In this document: positions 55,297 to 64,000 of the stretch, piece after piece
Layout of the letters: the number at the start of each line of letters is the position of its first letter
Position numbering within the stretch: the stretch's first letter is position 1
Assembly: GCF_000315625.1 (NCBI RefSeq)
Contig: NW_005434502.1
Coordinates: forward strand, 35,682-99,681
Length of the DNA stretch: 64,000 bases
Source of the DNA: Guillardia theta CCMP2712
Taxonomy: Eukaryota > Protista > Cryptophyta
Direction of reading: 5' to 3'
The notes under the pieces: model-generated
What the model was told of the DNA's origin: nothing
What the model saw: the letters and a program-made list of their open reading frames with translations, nothing else
Databases searched by the model: none
Made by a program: the position numbers and the translations under genes

Positions 55297-56610
55297 GATG
55301 GAACGTATGCCAGCCGTGCCAGTCAGATAGCGCCGAGTTAACAAAAACTCTCCTGTAAACCAAGACGACTTACGTGGCAAGGCGGCCGATGTAGCGTATG
55401 AGACGAAGAGGGGGCTTTCCTAGCCGTCTTGCTAAGGTCCTCTCATGTCTGGATACTTGGGTTTCACATCCTAGCATACAGTCTATCTCTCATGTGCTCC
55501 TCAATTCTGGTTTTGTGTGCATTAAACTCGGTCTTGAGCAAAAACTGTCTTGTTACAACTAAGGTCGATGTGATATCTGCGTGACTTTGGACTAGTACAA
55601 GTCTAACAAACTTGTATTCCGTCAGCCGGCCCTTAGTAAGAGCAGCCGGCCCTTAGTATTAGTAAGAGCAGCCGGCCCTTAGTAAGAGCAGCCGGCCCTT
55701 AGTAAGAGCAGCCGGCCCTTAGTAAGAGCAGCCGGCCCTTAGTAAGAGCAGCCGGCCCTTAGTAAGAGCAGCCGGCCCTTAGTAAGAGCAGCCGGCCCTT
55801 AGTAAGAGCAGCCGGCCCTTAGTAAGAGCAGCCGGCCCTTAGTAAGAGCAGCCGGCCCTTAGTAAGAGCAGCCGGCCCTTAGTAAGAGCAGCCGGCCCTT
55901 AGTAAGAGCAGCCGGCCCTTAGTAAGAGCAGCCGGCCCTTAGTAAGAGCAGCCGGCCCTTAGTAAGAGCAGCCGGCCCTTAGTAAGAGCAGCCGGCCCTT
56001 AGTAAGAGCAGCCGGCCCTTAGTAAGAGCAGCCGGCCCTTAGTAAGAGCAGCCGGCCCTTAGTAAGAGCAGCCGGCCCTTAGTAAGAGCAGCCGGCCCCA
56101 GTTAGTAAGAGCAAAGCCGGCCCTTAGTCAGAGCAAAGCCGGCCCTTAGTAAGAGCAAAGCCGGCCCTTAGTAAGAGCACAGCCGGCCCTTAGTAAGAGC
56201 AGCCGGCCCTTAGTAAGAGCAAAGCCGGCCCTTAGTAAGAGCAAAGCCGGCCCTTAGTAAGAGCAGCCGGCCCTTAGTAAGAGCAAAGCCGGCCCTTAGT
56301 AAGAGCAGCCGGCCCTTAGTAAGAGCAAAGCCGGCCCTTAGTAAGAGCAGCCGGCCCTTAGTAAGAGCAGCCGGCCCTTAGTAAGAGCAGCCGGCCCTTA
56401 GTAAGAGCAGCCGGGGCCCTTAGTAAGAGCAGCCGGCCCTTAGTAAGAGCAGCCGGCCCTTAGTAAGAGCAGCCGGCCCTTAGTAAGAGCAGCCGGCCCT
56501 TAGTAAGAGCAGCCGGCCCTTAGTAAGAGCAGCCGGCCCTTAGTAAGAGCAGCCGGCCCTTAGTAAGAGCAGCCGGCCCTTAGTAAGAGCAGCCGGCCCT
56601 TAGTAAGAGC

Positions 56611-58412
56611 ATGCTGCCCTGCGGCGCGTAGGGAGAGCGCAAGGGGACCGGTGGAAGCTGCGAGCAAGAGGTTCGTATAGTTCAAACAGCTTTCTAAGCA
56701 TGGTACTACAGTATGATGAGAGCGTTCGCAACCTGCTGTATCGGAGATCATGCCAATACACGCAGGGTGAGCGCTCTGGAGGCCACGTCGAGGAAGCCGC
56801 CGACCTCGTCGAGAAGGTGAAGAGCTTCATGAAGCGTTATCCGAATAGTCGGACAGCTTATGCTTGCAGAGCTGAGGGGGGATGCACTCCCGACGCTATC
56901 GCTGAAGCCATCCGCTCGACATGTCGGCAGGCGAGACGCGACCTGTTTGAAGACTCTCTGAGCGAATGGAGCTCAGAGTCGAGAGCATGGTTTATTCAAC
57001 AGATGGAGGAGGCCAAGAAGCAGAATGTCGAGACATACATCGGCACCGAAGGCACCGAGGGGACCTCCTTCATCTCCATGACTCTCCTAGGGATTTCCTC
57101 GATGTTTGTTCGACAAGAAGAAAAGTTGAAAACGAAGCTTATGGAGCTAGGTCTCATGGTAGACTCAGTCGATGGAGTCGACAAGGCCATCATGTGGAAA
57201 GCACCTTACAGACCTGAGATAGCACGAGCAGACGACATCTCAGTCACCGTCTCCTTCCTTCGGAATGAAGCAGCCATGGAGCTATGGGAAGGCAGGAGAG
57301 AATACACTATCGAAGGGAGAGTCTTTCGAGCCACAGAGGTGAGCATTGCACATGACCGGTCGTTCAAGCTCCGAGCCAAGCGAGGACCTTGGGGCAAGGG
57401 AGGGAGCCTTGCCGAGCTATCACAGCTCTTAGCTCTTGGAGGAATGCTCTTGCAGCCGCAGAGGTACAACCGCTTGCTGGCATGCTCGTGCAGGGTGCTG
57501 GGCAGAGAGGTCGCAAGGGGCCGAGCCCGAAGACGTATGTTGCTGTTGGGGCAAGTACGGGAACTCTCCAGCAAAAAGAGCTGGAGTGGGTGCTAAGCTC
57601 GCCTTCGACGGCAAGTTGCGAGCAGACCTTGGCCTCGTTCAGAGAGAGCGAGGCGATGGAGGGGGTGCACCTGACTCTCATCAGCGACGACGCCAAGCTC
57701 AGAGAGACGTTTGCAGTCGAGCTCACAGCCGACACCTTCGTTCCTAGGGGAAAGATCGCTAAGCAAAGGAGGGCACTTCGCGAGAGAGATCATGCGGGGC
57801 GCAGCAGCTTCAGAGTACAGATCAAGTCGAGGTCAAGCATGAGCACAGGCCGCTTCTCGAGGAAGGAGATGGAAGCGCTGTGCGGAGGAGGTAACACATC
57901 GATCACGAGAGTCAAGCGAGCCATGTTGGAGTTAGCAAGAAGGATAGGCGTGACGCCGGTCAGCGTCGAGGTCGAGGAGGATCGTGACACGCTGAGCTGG
58001 GATGGGAGCCTGATAGCTCTCTCCCTGGCGACCAAGGCAGAGGCTCACGCTTGATGGAAGACATGCCCTTCTACTTGGAAGGGATCCTGGAAGTCAAGCT
58101 CGAAGCGGTGGGGTTCAAGCTCAACGGGCCTCAGCATGAGGAGGAGAGGAGCCCGAGCAGCGAGGAGCAAGCTCAAGAGCCCCAAGCCGGGCAGCAGCAA
58201 GGCGCTGGATGGCTGGAGCTCAGCGACATCGACAGGATCACCATGGAAGCAGCGTCGCCGTCAGGGCCAGTCGATCAACAGGTCTTGCTCGACCTCTCGA
58301 CGATGCTCTTGGAGACATCAGAGGAGGAGCTGCTAGCTGGCAAGCCGATCTCTTTGGAGCTAGACAAGAGTGTTGGCAAGCTGCATGACACCTTCTGCTC
58401 GCCAAGGTGTCA
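56611..58412 (+). pseudogene. Telomeric element subfamily A body: frameshifted, 3'-truncated homologue of the ~715-aa ORF
   Basis: ORF pieces 56700-57596, 57389-58054 and 58051-58416 are colinear with the 58694-60868 protein (MVLQYDE, AIMWKAPYRPEIA, RGPWGKGGSLAEL, ESEAMEGVHLTL, RITMEAASPS, LHDTF). There is a deletion near 57447 and a frameshift near 58051. The copy ends directly in TTAGGG. Confidence 0.9.
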
Positions 58413-58514
58413 TTAGGGTTTAGGGTTTAGGGTTTAGGGTTTAGGGTTTAGGGTTTAGGGTTTAGGGTTTAGGGTTTAGGGTTTAGGGTTTAGGGTTTAG
58501 GGTTTAGGGTTTAG
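58413..58514 (+). repeat. Interstitial telomeric tract, ~14.5 x TTTAGGG
   Basis: Directly visible. Confidence 0.97.
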
Positions 58515-58628
58515 AGCGCCGGTTATTTCAGGCAGCGCCGGTTATTTCAGGCAGCGCCGGTCATTTCAGGCAGCGCCGGTTATTTCAGGCAGCGCCGGTT
58601 ATTTCAGGCAGCGCCGGTTATTTCAGGC
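58515..58628 (+). repeat. 19-bp tandem array AGCGCCGGTTATTTCAGGC x6
   Basis: Directly visible. Confidence 0.95.
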
Positions 58629-58720
58629 ACCATGGCTGCACGCGTGGTGTAGGGGAAGCTGCCAGGGCGCCAAGGAAGCTGCAAGCGAGAGGTTTGTATA
58701 CTTCAAATAGCTTTCTAAGT

Positions 58721-60868
58721 ATGGTTCTTCAGTATGATGAAAATGTTCGCAAACTGCTGTATCGGAGATCATGCCAATACACGTTGAGCGGACTTGTGGA
58801 TGCCTCTGTCCTCGAAGCTGATCTCGTCGAGAGGGTGAAGAGCTTCGCGAAGCGTTATCCGAACAGCAGGACAGCCCAGGCTTGCAAGGCTGTGGAGGGA
58901 TGCACCCCCGACGCTATCGCAGAAGCCATCCGCTCGACATGTCAGCAGGCACGACGTGAGCTTCTGCAAGAAGCGATGACTGGATGGAGTGACGCATCCA
59001 GAGAGTGGTTTATGCAGCAGATTGAGGAAGCCAAGAAGGAGAAGGTCGAGACATACACCGCCTCAGCAGGCAACGAGGTAACTTCCTTCATCTCCATGAC
59101 TCTCCTGGGCATCTCCTCGGTGTATGTCAACCATGAAGAAAAGCTGAAGAAGAAATTTGAAGAGATCGGACTGATCGTAGACTCAGTGCAAGAGAGTAAA
59201 GCAATCATGTGGAAGGCTCCGTATAGACCCGAGATAGCGAGTGCTGAGGAGATCCCGGTGACTGTTTCCTTCCTCCGCAATGCACAAGCGGAGAAGCTCT
59301 GGCAGGGAAGAGAGGACTTCGCGATCGATGGTCGCAAGTTCACAGCTGTACATGTGAGCATCGTGCACGATCGATCTTTCAAGATTCGAGCCAAGAGAGG
59401 ACCCTGGGGCAAAGGGGGCAGCTTGGCAGAGCTGACTCACCTGCTAACCTTGGGCGGCATGACAACGGCTGAGATAGCTGCCGTCTATCGCTATCAGCTG
59501 CTGCGCCAGTCCCTTGCAGCGGTCCAACTCCAGCCGCTGGCAGGCATGCTGGTCGCTGGGGCGCCAGGACAGCAAGTCCACAAAGGCTTAGGTCAGAAAG
59601 GCTTCATCGCTGTAGGGGCCAACGTCATCTGGAGACAGAGGGAGGTGGAGTGGATCGTCTCCTCGAGCTGCCCAGAGGCGAATGATACAGCATTTCGAGC
59701 TTTCCGAGAGAGCGAAGCGATGGAGGGAGTACACCTGACTCTGTTCAGCGAGGACCCGAAGATCAGAGAGGCGCTCGCAGTCGAGTTGACAGCTGATCGC
59801 TTTGTGTCCAGAAATAAGTTGAAGAAGGCATCAAGGATGCAGAAGAAGGCAGGCGGCAAGGACGGCAAGGAGATCAAGATCATCATCAAGTCGACGGCGG
59901 CATCTGGTCGCTTCACGAGGAAGGAGATGGAGGGGCTGTGCAACGGCGGCAACACGTCTATCGCAAGAGTCAAGAGAGTCTTGTTGGAGATCGCTAACAG
60001 GCTCGAGATCAACGTTGAAGGCATCGACATGGAGGAGGATTTGAACACCAAGTCCTGGAACGGGTCCAAGCTATGCATCCTCCTCGGCTCCACGGAGGAT
60101 GCTCGACGCATGATGAAGGAGCTGCCCTTCTATCTCGAAGGCGCAGCAACCAAGCTCGAAGCAGTCGGCTTCGACAAGGAGCCTGACTCTGAGGCGGCTG
60201 GTCAGCGGGGCACCAGCGACGCAGCGCAGCGACAGGAGGAGAGCGAGGGAGAGTGGCTGGAGTTTACAGACCTGGAGAGGATCACAATGGAGGCAGCATC
60301 TCCGTCAAGCCAAGAGGACATGCAGCTCGTCAGCGAGCTGTCAGCAGTCATCGAAGATGCAGCTTCTTTGAACGAGACGGGGACGAGCGAGCCGATCAAG
60401 CTGGTCCTGGACAAGGCCGTTGGCAACCTCCACGACACCTTCTACTCTCCGGGGAGCCTGGAGTTCATGGCGCTGGGAGAGTGGGCGAAGATGCCAGAGG
60501 AGCAGGGAGTGGGACGCAACGCGCTCAAGGAGAAGCTGGGGAAGTGGCTGCAGAGCAAGCGCTGGACTCGCGTGCAAGGAGAGAGCAAGAAGGCAAGGAG
60601 GGGCAGCGCGTTCTCGCCACGGGCAACGGCAGCTGCTGAGCTTGAGCAGGAGGCGGAGAGCGACGACATAGAGCGTCGATCTCTTAGCCTCCTGTTCATA
60701 GCACTGAGTAAATTCGCAGAGATGCATGTGCTGGCCTGCTCGCTGAAGGTGGACAAGAAGGACCGACTGCGGGTGGAGATGAGGGAAGATGACGAAGAAG
60801 AGGAAGACATGGAGGAAGAGCAAGGCGAGGGCGAGGAAGAAGACGGGGCGAGCCCGTACCGAGCTTGA
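58721..60868 (+). CDS. ~715-aa intronless protein of the telomeric element; RRM-like segments, acidic C-terminus; putative LINE ORF1-type nucleic-acid-binding protein
   Basis: First in-frame ATG at 58721; the frame is also open upstream. SMTLLGIS..EEKLKKKFEEIGLIVDSV..VTVSFLRNAQAEKLWQGREDFAIDGRKFTAV (~59085-59360) fits the RRM beta-alpha pattern; KLCILLGSTEDARRMMKELPFYLEG may belong to a second one. No RT or endonuclease motifs seen. Confidence 0.7.
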   Translation: MVLQYDENVRKLLYRRSCQYTLSGLVDASVLEADLVERVKSFAKRYPNSRTAQACKAVEGCTPDAIAEAIRSTCQQARRELLQEAMTGWSDASREWFMQQIEEAKKEKVETYTASAGNEVTSFISMTLLGISSVYVNHEEKLKKKFEEIGLIVDSVQESKAIMWKAPYRPEIASAEEIPVTVSFLRNAQAEKLWQGREDFAIDGRKFTAVHVSIVHDRSFKIRAKRGPWGKGGSLAELTHLLTLGGMTTAEIAAVYRYQLLRQSLAAVQLQPLAGMLVAGAPGQQVHKGLGQKGFIAVGANVIWRQREVEWIVSSSCPEANDTAFRAFRESEAMEGVHLTLFSEDPKIREALAVELTADRFVSRNKLKKASRMQKKAGGKDGKEIKIIIKSTAASGRFTRKEMEGLCNGGNTSIARVKRVLLEIANRLEINVEGIDMEEDLNTKSWNGSKLCILLGSTEDARRMMKELPFYLEGAATKLEAVGFDKEPDSEAAGQRGTSDAAQRQEESEGEWLEFTDLERITMEAASPSSQEDMQLVSELSAVIEDAASLNETGTSEPIKLVLDKAVGNLHDTFYSPGSLEFMALGEWAKMPEEQGVGRNALKEKLGKWLQSKRWTRVQGESKKARRGSAFSPRATAAAELEQEAESDDIERRSLSLLFIALSKFAEMHVLACSLKVDKKDRLRVEMREDDEEEEDMEEEQGEGEEEDGASPYRA

Positions 60869-60906
60869 GCTGAGCCCAAGGTAAGGAGAGAAGGTAGGAG
60901 GCGACC

Positions 60907-61107
60907 GAAGGCCAAGGTGAGGAGAGGCAACTCTCCTGACTGAAGCTGAGGAAGCTGAATGGAGGACGAGTAGGTGGCGACTGAAGGCCAAGGTGAGGAG
61001 AGGCAACTCTCCTGACTGAGGCTGAGGAAGCTGAATGGAGGTAGAGTAGGTGGTGACCGAAGGCCAAGGTGAGGAGAGGCAACTCTCCTGACTGAGGCTG
61101 AGGAAGC
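60907..61107 (+). repeat. 76-bp tandem repeat (~2.7 copies), each with an AGGAGAG-GCAA-CTCTCCT hairpin
   Basis: Units start at 60907, 60983 and 61059; hairpins at 60920-60937, 60996-61013 and 61072-61089. Confidence 0.85.
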
Positions 61108-61286
61108 CAAGAGAAGACAGCAGAAGTAGAGAGTAGAAAGACGCCTCAGAAGCAGGGTTCGCATTGTAGGCCGTGTACTCCCAGTGCTCGAGCGCCTCTT
61201 TAGACTAGGATCCAATTGCACAAGCCCACAACGAGGCCGAGCAACATTCTAGCATTCTAATAAACTCACATAATAATAACAATAAT

Positions 61287-61303
61287 AGGGTTTAGGGTTT
61301 AGG
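61287..61303 (+). repeat. Interstitial telomeric tract
   Basis: AGGG TTTAGGG TTTAGG. Confidence 0.9.
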
Positions 61304-61456
61304 AGAGGCATGCTGCTCTGCGGCGGAGCGCCGGTTATTTCAGCACCATGGCTGCACGCGTGGTGTAGGGGAAGCTGCCAGGGCGCCAAGGAAGCTGCAA
61401 GCGAGAGTTTGTATACTTCAATAGCTTCTAAGTATGGTTCTTCAGTATGATGAAAA
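61304..61456 (+). mobile_element. Short chimeric A/B 5' fragment of the telomeric element, truncated and capped by telomeric repeats
   Basis: GCATGCTGCTCTGCGGCG (cf. A at ~56609-56626) is fused to the B terminus AGCGCCGGTTATTTCAG.. and ends at ..TATGATGAAAA|GGGTTTAGGG. Confidence 0.85.
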
Positions 61457-61472
61457 GGGTTTAGGGTTTAGG
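61456..61472 (+). repeat. Interstitial telomeric tract
   Basis: AGGG TTTAGGG TTTAGG. Confidence 0.9.
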
Positions 61473-61734
61473 AGCGCCGGTTATTTCAGGCACCAGCGCC
61501 GGTTATTTCAGGCACCAGCGCCGGTTATTTCAGGCACCAGCGCCGGTTATTTCAGGCACCAGCGCCGGTTATTTCAGGCACCAGCGCCGGTTATTCAGGC
61601 ACCAGCGCCGGTTATTCAGGCACCAGCGCCGGTTATTTCAGGCACCAGCGCCGGTTATTTCAGGCACCAGCGCCGGTTATTTCAGGCACCAGCGCCGGTT
61701 ATTTCAGGCACCAGCGCCGGTTATTTCAGGCACC
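61473..61734 (+). repeat. 22-bp tandem array AGCGCCGGTTATTTCAGGCACC x12
   Basis: Directly visible; two units lack one T. Confidence 0.95.
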
Positions 61735-64000
61735 ATGGCTGCACGCGTGGTGTAGGGGAAGCTGCCAGGGCGCCAAGGAAGCTGCAAGCGAGAGGTTTGT
61801 ATACTTCAAATAGCTTTCTAAGTATGGTTCTTCAGTATGATGAAAATGTTCGCAAACTGCTGTATCGGAGATCATGCCAATACACGCAGAGCGGACTTGT
61901 GGATGCCTCTGTCCTCGAAGCTGATCTCGTCGAGAGGGTGAAGAGCTTCGCGAAGCGTTATCCGAACAGCAGGACAGCCCAGGCTTGCAAGGCTGTGGAG
62001 GGATGCACCCCCGACGCTATCGCAGAAGCCATCCGCTCGACATGTCAGCAGGCACGACGTGAGCTTCTGCAAGAAGCGATGACTGGATGGAGTGACGCAT
62101 CCAGAGAGTGGTTTATGCAGCAGATTGAAGAAGCCAAGAAGGAGAAGGTCGAGACATACACCGCCTCAGCAGGCAACGAGGTGACTTCCTTCATCTCCAT
62201 GACTCTCCTGGGCATCTCCTCGGTGTATGTCAACCATGAAGAAAAGCTGAAGAAGAAATTTGAAGAGATCGGACTGATCGTAGACTCAGTGCAAGAGAGT
62301 AAAGCAATCATGTGGAAGGCTCCGTATAGACCCGAGATAGCGAGTGCTGAGGAGATCCCGGTGACTGTTTCCTTCCTCCGCAATGCACAAGCGGAGAAGC
62401 TCTGGCAGGGAAGAGAGGACTTCGCGATCGATGGTCGCAAGTTCACAGCTGTACATGTGAGCATCGTGCACGATCGATCTTTCAAGATTCGAGCCAAGAG
62501 AGGACCCTGGGGCAAAGGGGGCAGCTTGGCAGAGCTGACTCACCTGCTAACCTTGGGCGGCATGACAACGGCTGAGATAGCTGCCGTCTATCGCTATCAG
62601 CTGCTGCGCCAGTCCCTTGCAGCGGTCCAACTCCAGCCGCTGGCAGGCATGCTAGTCGCTGGGGCGCCAAGACAGCAAGTCCACAAAGGCTTAGGTCAGA
62701 AAGGCTTCATCGCTGTAGGGGCCAACGTCATCTGGAGACAGAGGGAGGTGGAGTGGATCGTCTCCTCGAGCTGCCCAGAGGCGAATGATACAGCATTTCG
62801 AGCTTTCCGAGAGAGCGAAGCGATGGAGGGAGTACACCTGACTCTGTTCAGCGAGGACCCGAAGATCAGAGAGGCGCTCGCAGTCGAGTTGACAGCCGAT
62901 CGCTTTGTGTCCAGAAATAAGTTGAAGAAGGCATCAAGGATGCAGAAGAAGGCAGGCGGCAAGGACGGCAAGGAGATCAAGATCATCATCAAGTCGACGG
63001 CGGCATCTGGTCGCTTCACGAGGAAGGAGATGGAGGGGCTGTGCAACGGCGGCAACACGTCCATCGCAAGAGTCAAGAGAGTCTTGTTGGAGATCGCTAA
63101 CAGGCTCGAGATCAAAGTTGAAGGCATCGACATGGAGGAGGATTTGAACACCAAGTCCTGGAACGGGTCCAAGCTATGCATCCTCCTCGGCTCCACGGAG
63201 GATGCTCGACGCATGATGAAGGAGCTGCCCTTCTATCTCGAAGGCGCAGCAACCAAGCTCGAAGCAGTCGGCTTCGACAAGGAGCCTGACTCTGAGGCGG
63301 CTGGTCAGCGGGGCACCAGCGACGCAGCGCAGCGACAGGAGGAGAGCGAGGGAGAGTGGCTGGAGTTTACAGACCTGGAGAGGATCACAATGGAGGCAGC
63401 ATCTCCGTCAAGCCAAGAGGACATGCAGCTCGTCAGCGAGCTGTCAGCAGTCATCGAAGATGCAGCTTCTTTGAACGAGGCAGGGACGAGCGAGCCGATC
63501 AAGCTGGTCCTGGACAAGGCTGTTGGCAACCTCCACGACACCTTCTACTCTCCGGGGAGCCTGGAGTTCATGTCGCTGGGAGAGTGGGCGAAGATGCCAG
63601 AGGAGCAGGGAGTTGGGCGCAACGCGCTCAAGGAGAAGCTGGGGAAGTGGCTGCAGAGCAAGCGCTGGACTCGCGTGCAAGGAGAGAGCAAGAAGGCAAG
63701 GAGGGGCAGCGCGTTCTCGCCACGGGCAACGGCAGCTGCTGAGCTTGAGCAGGAGGCGGAGAGCGACGACATAGAGCGTCGATCTCTTAGCTTCCTGTTC
63801 ATAGCACTGAGTAAATTCGCAGAGATGCATGTGCTGGCCTGCTCGCTGAAGGTGGACAAGAAGGACCGACTGCGAGTGGAGATGAGGGAAGATGGCGAAG
63901 AAGAGGAAGACATGGAGGAAGAGCAAGGCGAGGGCGAGGAAGAAGACGGGGCGAGCCCCTTGTGTCGCTGCCGTATCGATTGCCACTCGTACGCTCCTTG
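61473..64000 (+). mobile_element. Telomeric element subfamily B, copy 2; ORF from ATG 61824 stays open to the window edge
   Basis: Offset 3103 from copy 1, with only a handful of substitutions up to 63958. It then diverges and continues as ..ASPLCRCRIDCHSYAP. Confidence 0.88.

Larger units (their letters stand above)
54099..55624 (+). mobile_element. Non-autonomous (TRIM-like) Ty1/Copia-type LTR retrotransposon, 1526 bp
   Basis: Identical 327-bp direct repeats at 54100-54426 and 55297-55623. Outer ends TGATGGAA...TTCCGTCA. 5-bp TSD GCCGG (54094-54098, 55625-55629). PBS and PPT present. The 870-bp interior has no gag/pol ORF. Confidence 0.93.
53933..56610 (+). repeat. 20-bp tandem array AGCCGGCCCTTAGTAAGAGC (~8 units, then the LTR insertion, then ~49 units), leading into the subfamily A body
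   Basis: Directly visible; some units carry extra AA/AC; interrupted at 54099-55624. Confidence 0.95.
58515..61286 (+). mobile_element. Telomeric element subfamily B, copy 1: 6 x 19-bp 5' array, ORF, 3' region with 76-bp repeats, AATAAA and TAA-rich tail
   Basis: Bounded by TTTAG on the left and AGGGTTTAGGG on the right; near-identical to 61473-63958 over the ORF. Confidence 0.85.

Noticed and set aside
58413-58514. True chromosome end
   Set aside because: The tract is only ~100 bp and is followed by more element copies, so it is interstitial; the real end must lie beyond 64000.
60940-61110. Possible hammerhead ribozyme (CTGAGGA) in the 76-bp repeats
   Set aside because: No properly placed GAAA or stems I-III found.
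53641-61734. CRISPR-like appearance of the 19-22-bp repeats
   Set aside because: No unique spacers, eukaryotic context and no cas genes.

Overview
Eukaryotic nuclear DNA from a flagellated alga or protist. It has many ~45-60 bp GT-AG introns, pyrimidine-rich microsatellite introns and TTTAGGG telomeric repeats. The style suggests a cryptophyte such as Guillardia theta, which is inference only. From left to right: (1) a TE-rich stretch at 1-6.6 kb with a P-superfamily-like transposase, a CRE-like RLE fragment and a CTG/CAG minisatellite containing a 580-bp duplication; (2) ordinary genes: a secreted protein, a CDK-like kinase, a zinc-ribbon/RING protein, a ~19-kb intron-rich CFAP47, an SH3/C2 protein, RPN13, membrane proteins, a SET-domain protein and IFT122, plus a ~3-kb (AGAGCT)n satellite spanning an assembly gap; (3) from ~53.2 kb to the window end, a subtelomeric array in which short TTTAGGG tracts alternate with head-to-tail copies of two subfamilies of an unrecognised element. 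That element has a ~715-aa ORF with RRM-like segments. Each copy begins with a tandem array made from its own first 19-22 nt. A 1.5-kb non-autonomous Copia-type LTR element with a half-tRNA primer site is inserted in one array. Its two LTRs are identical except that the outer terminal T and A have no template at the inner LTR ends. The telomere-embedded element and this LTR-end anomaly are the most notable findings. All homology calls come from motifs recognised by eye; no searches were run.
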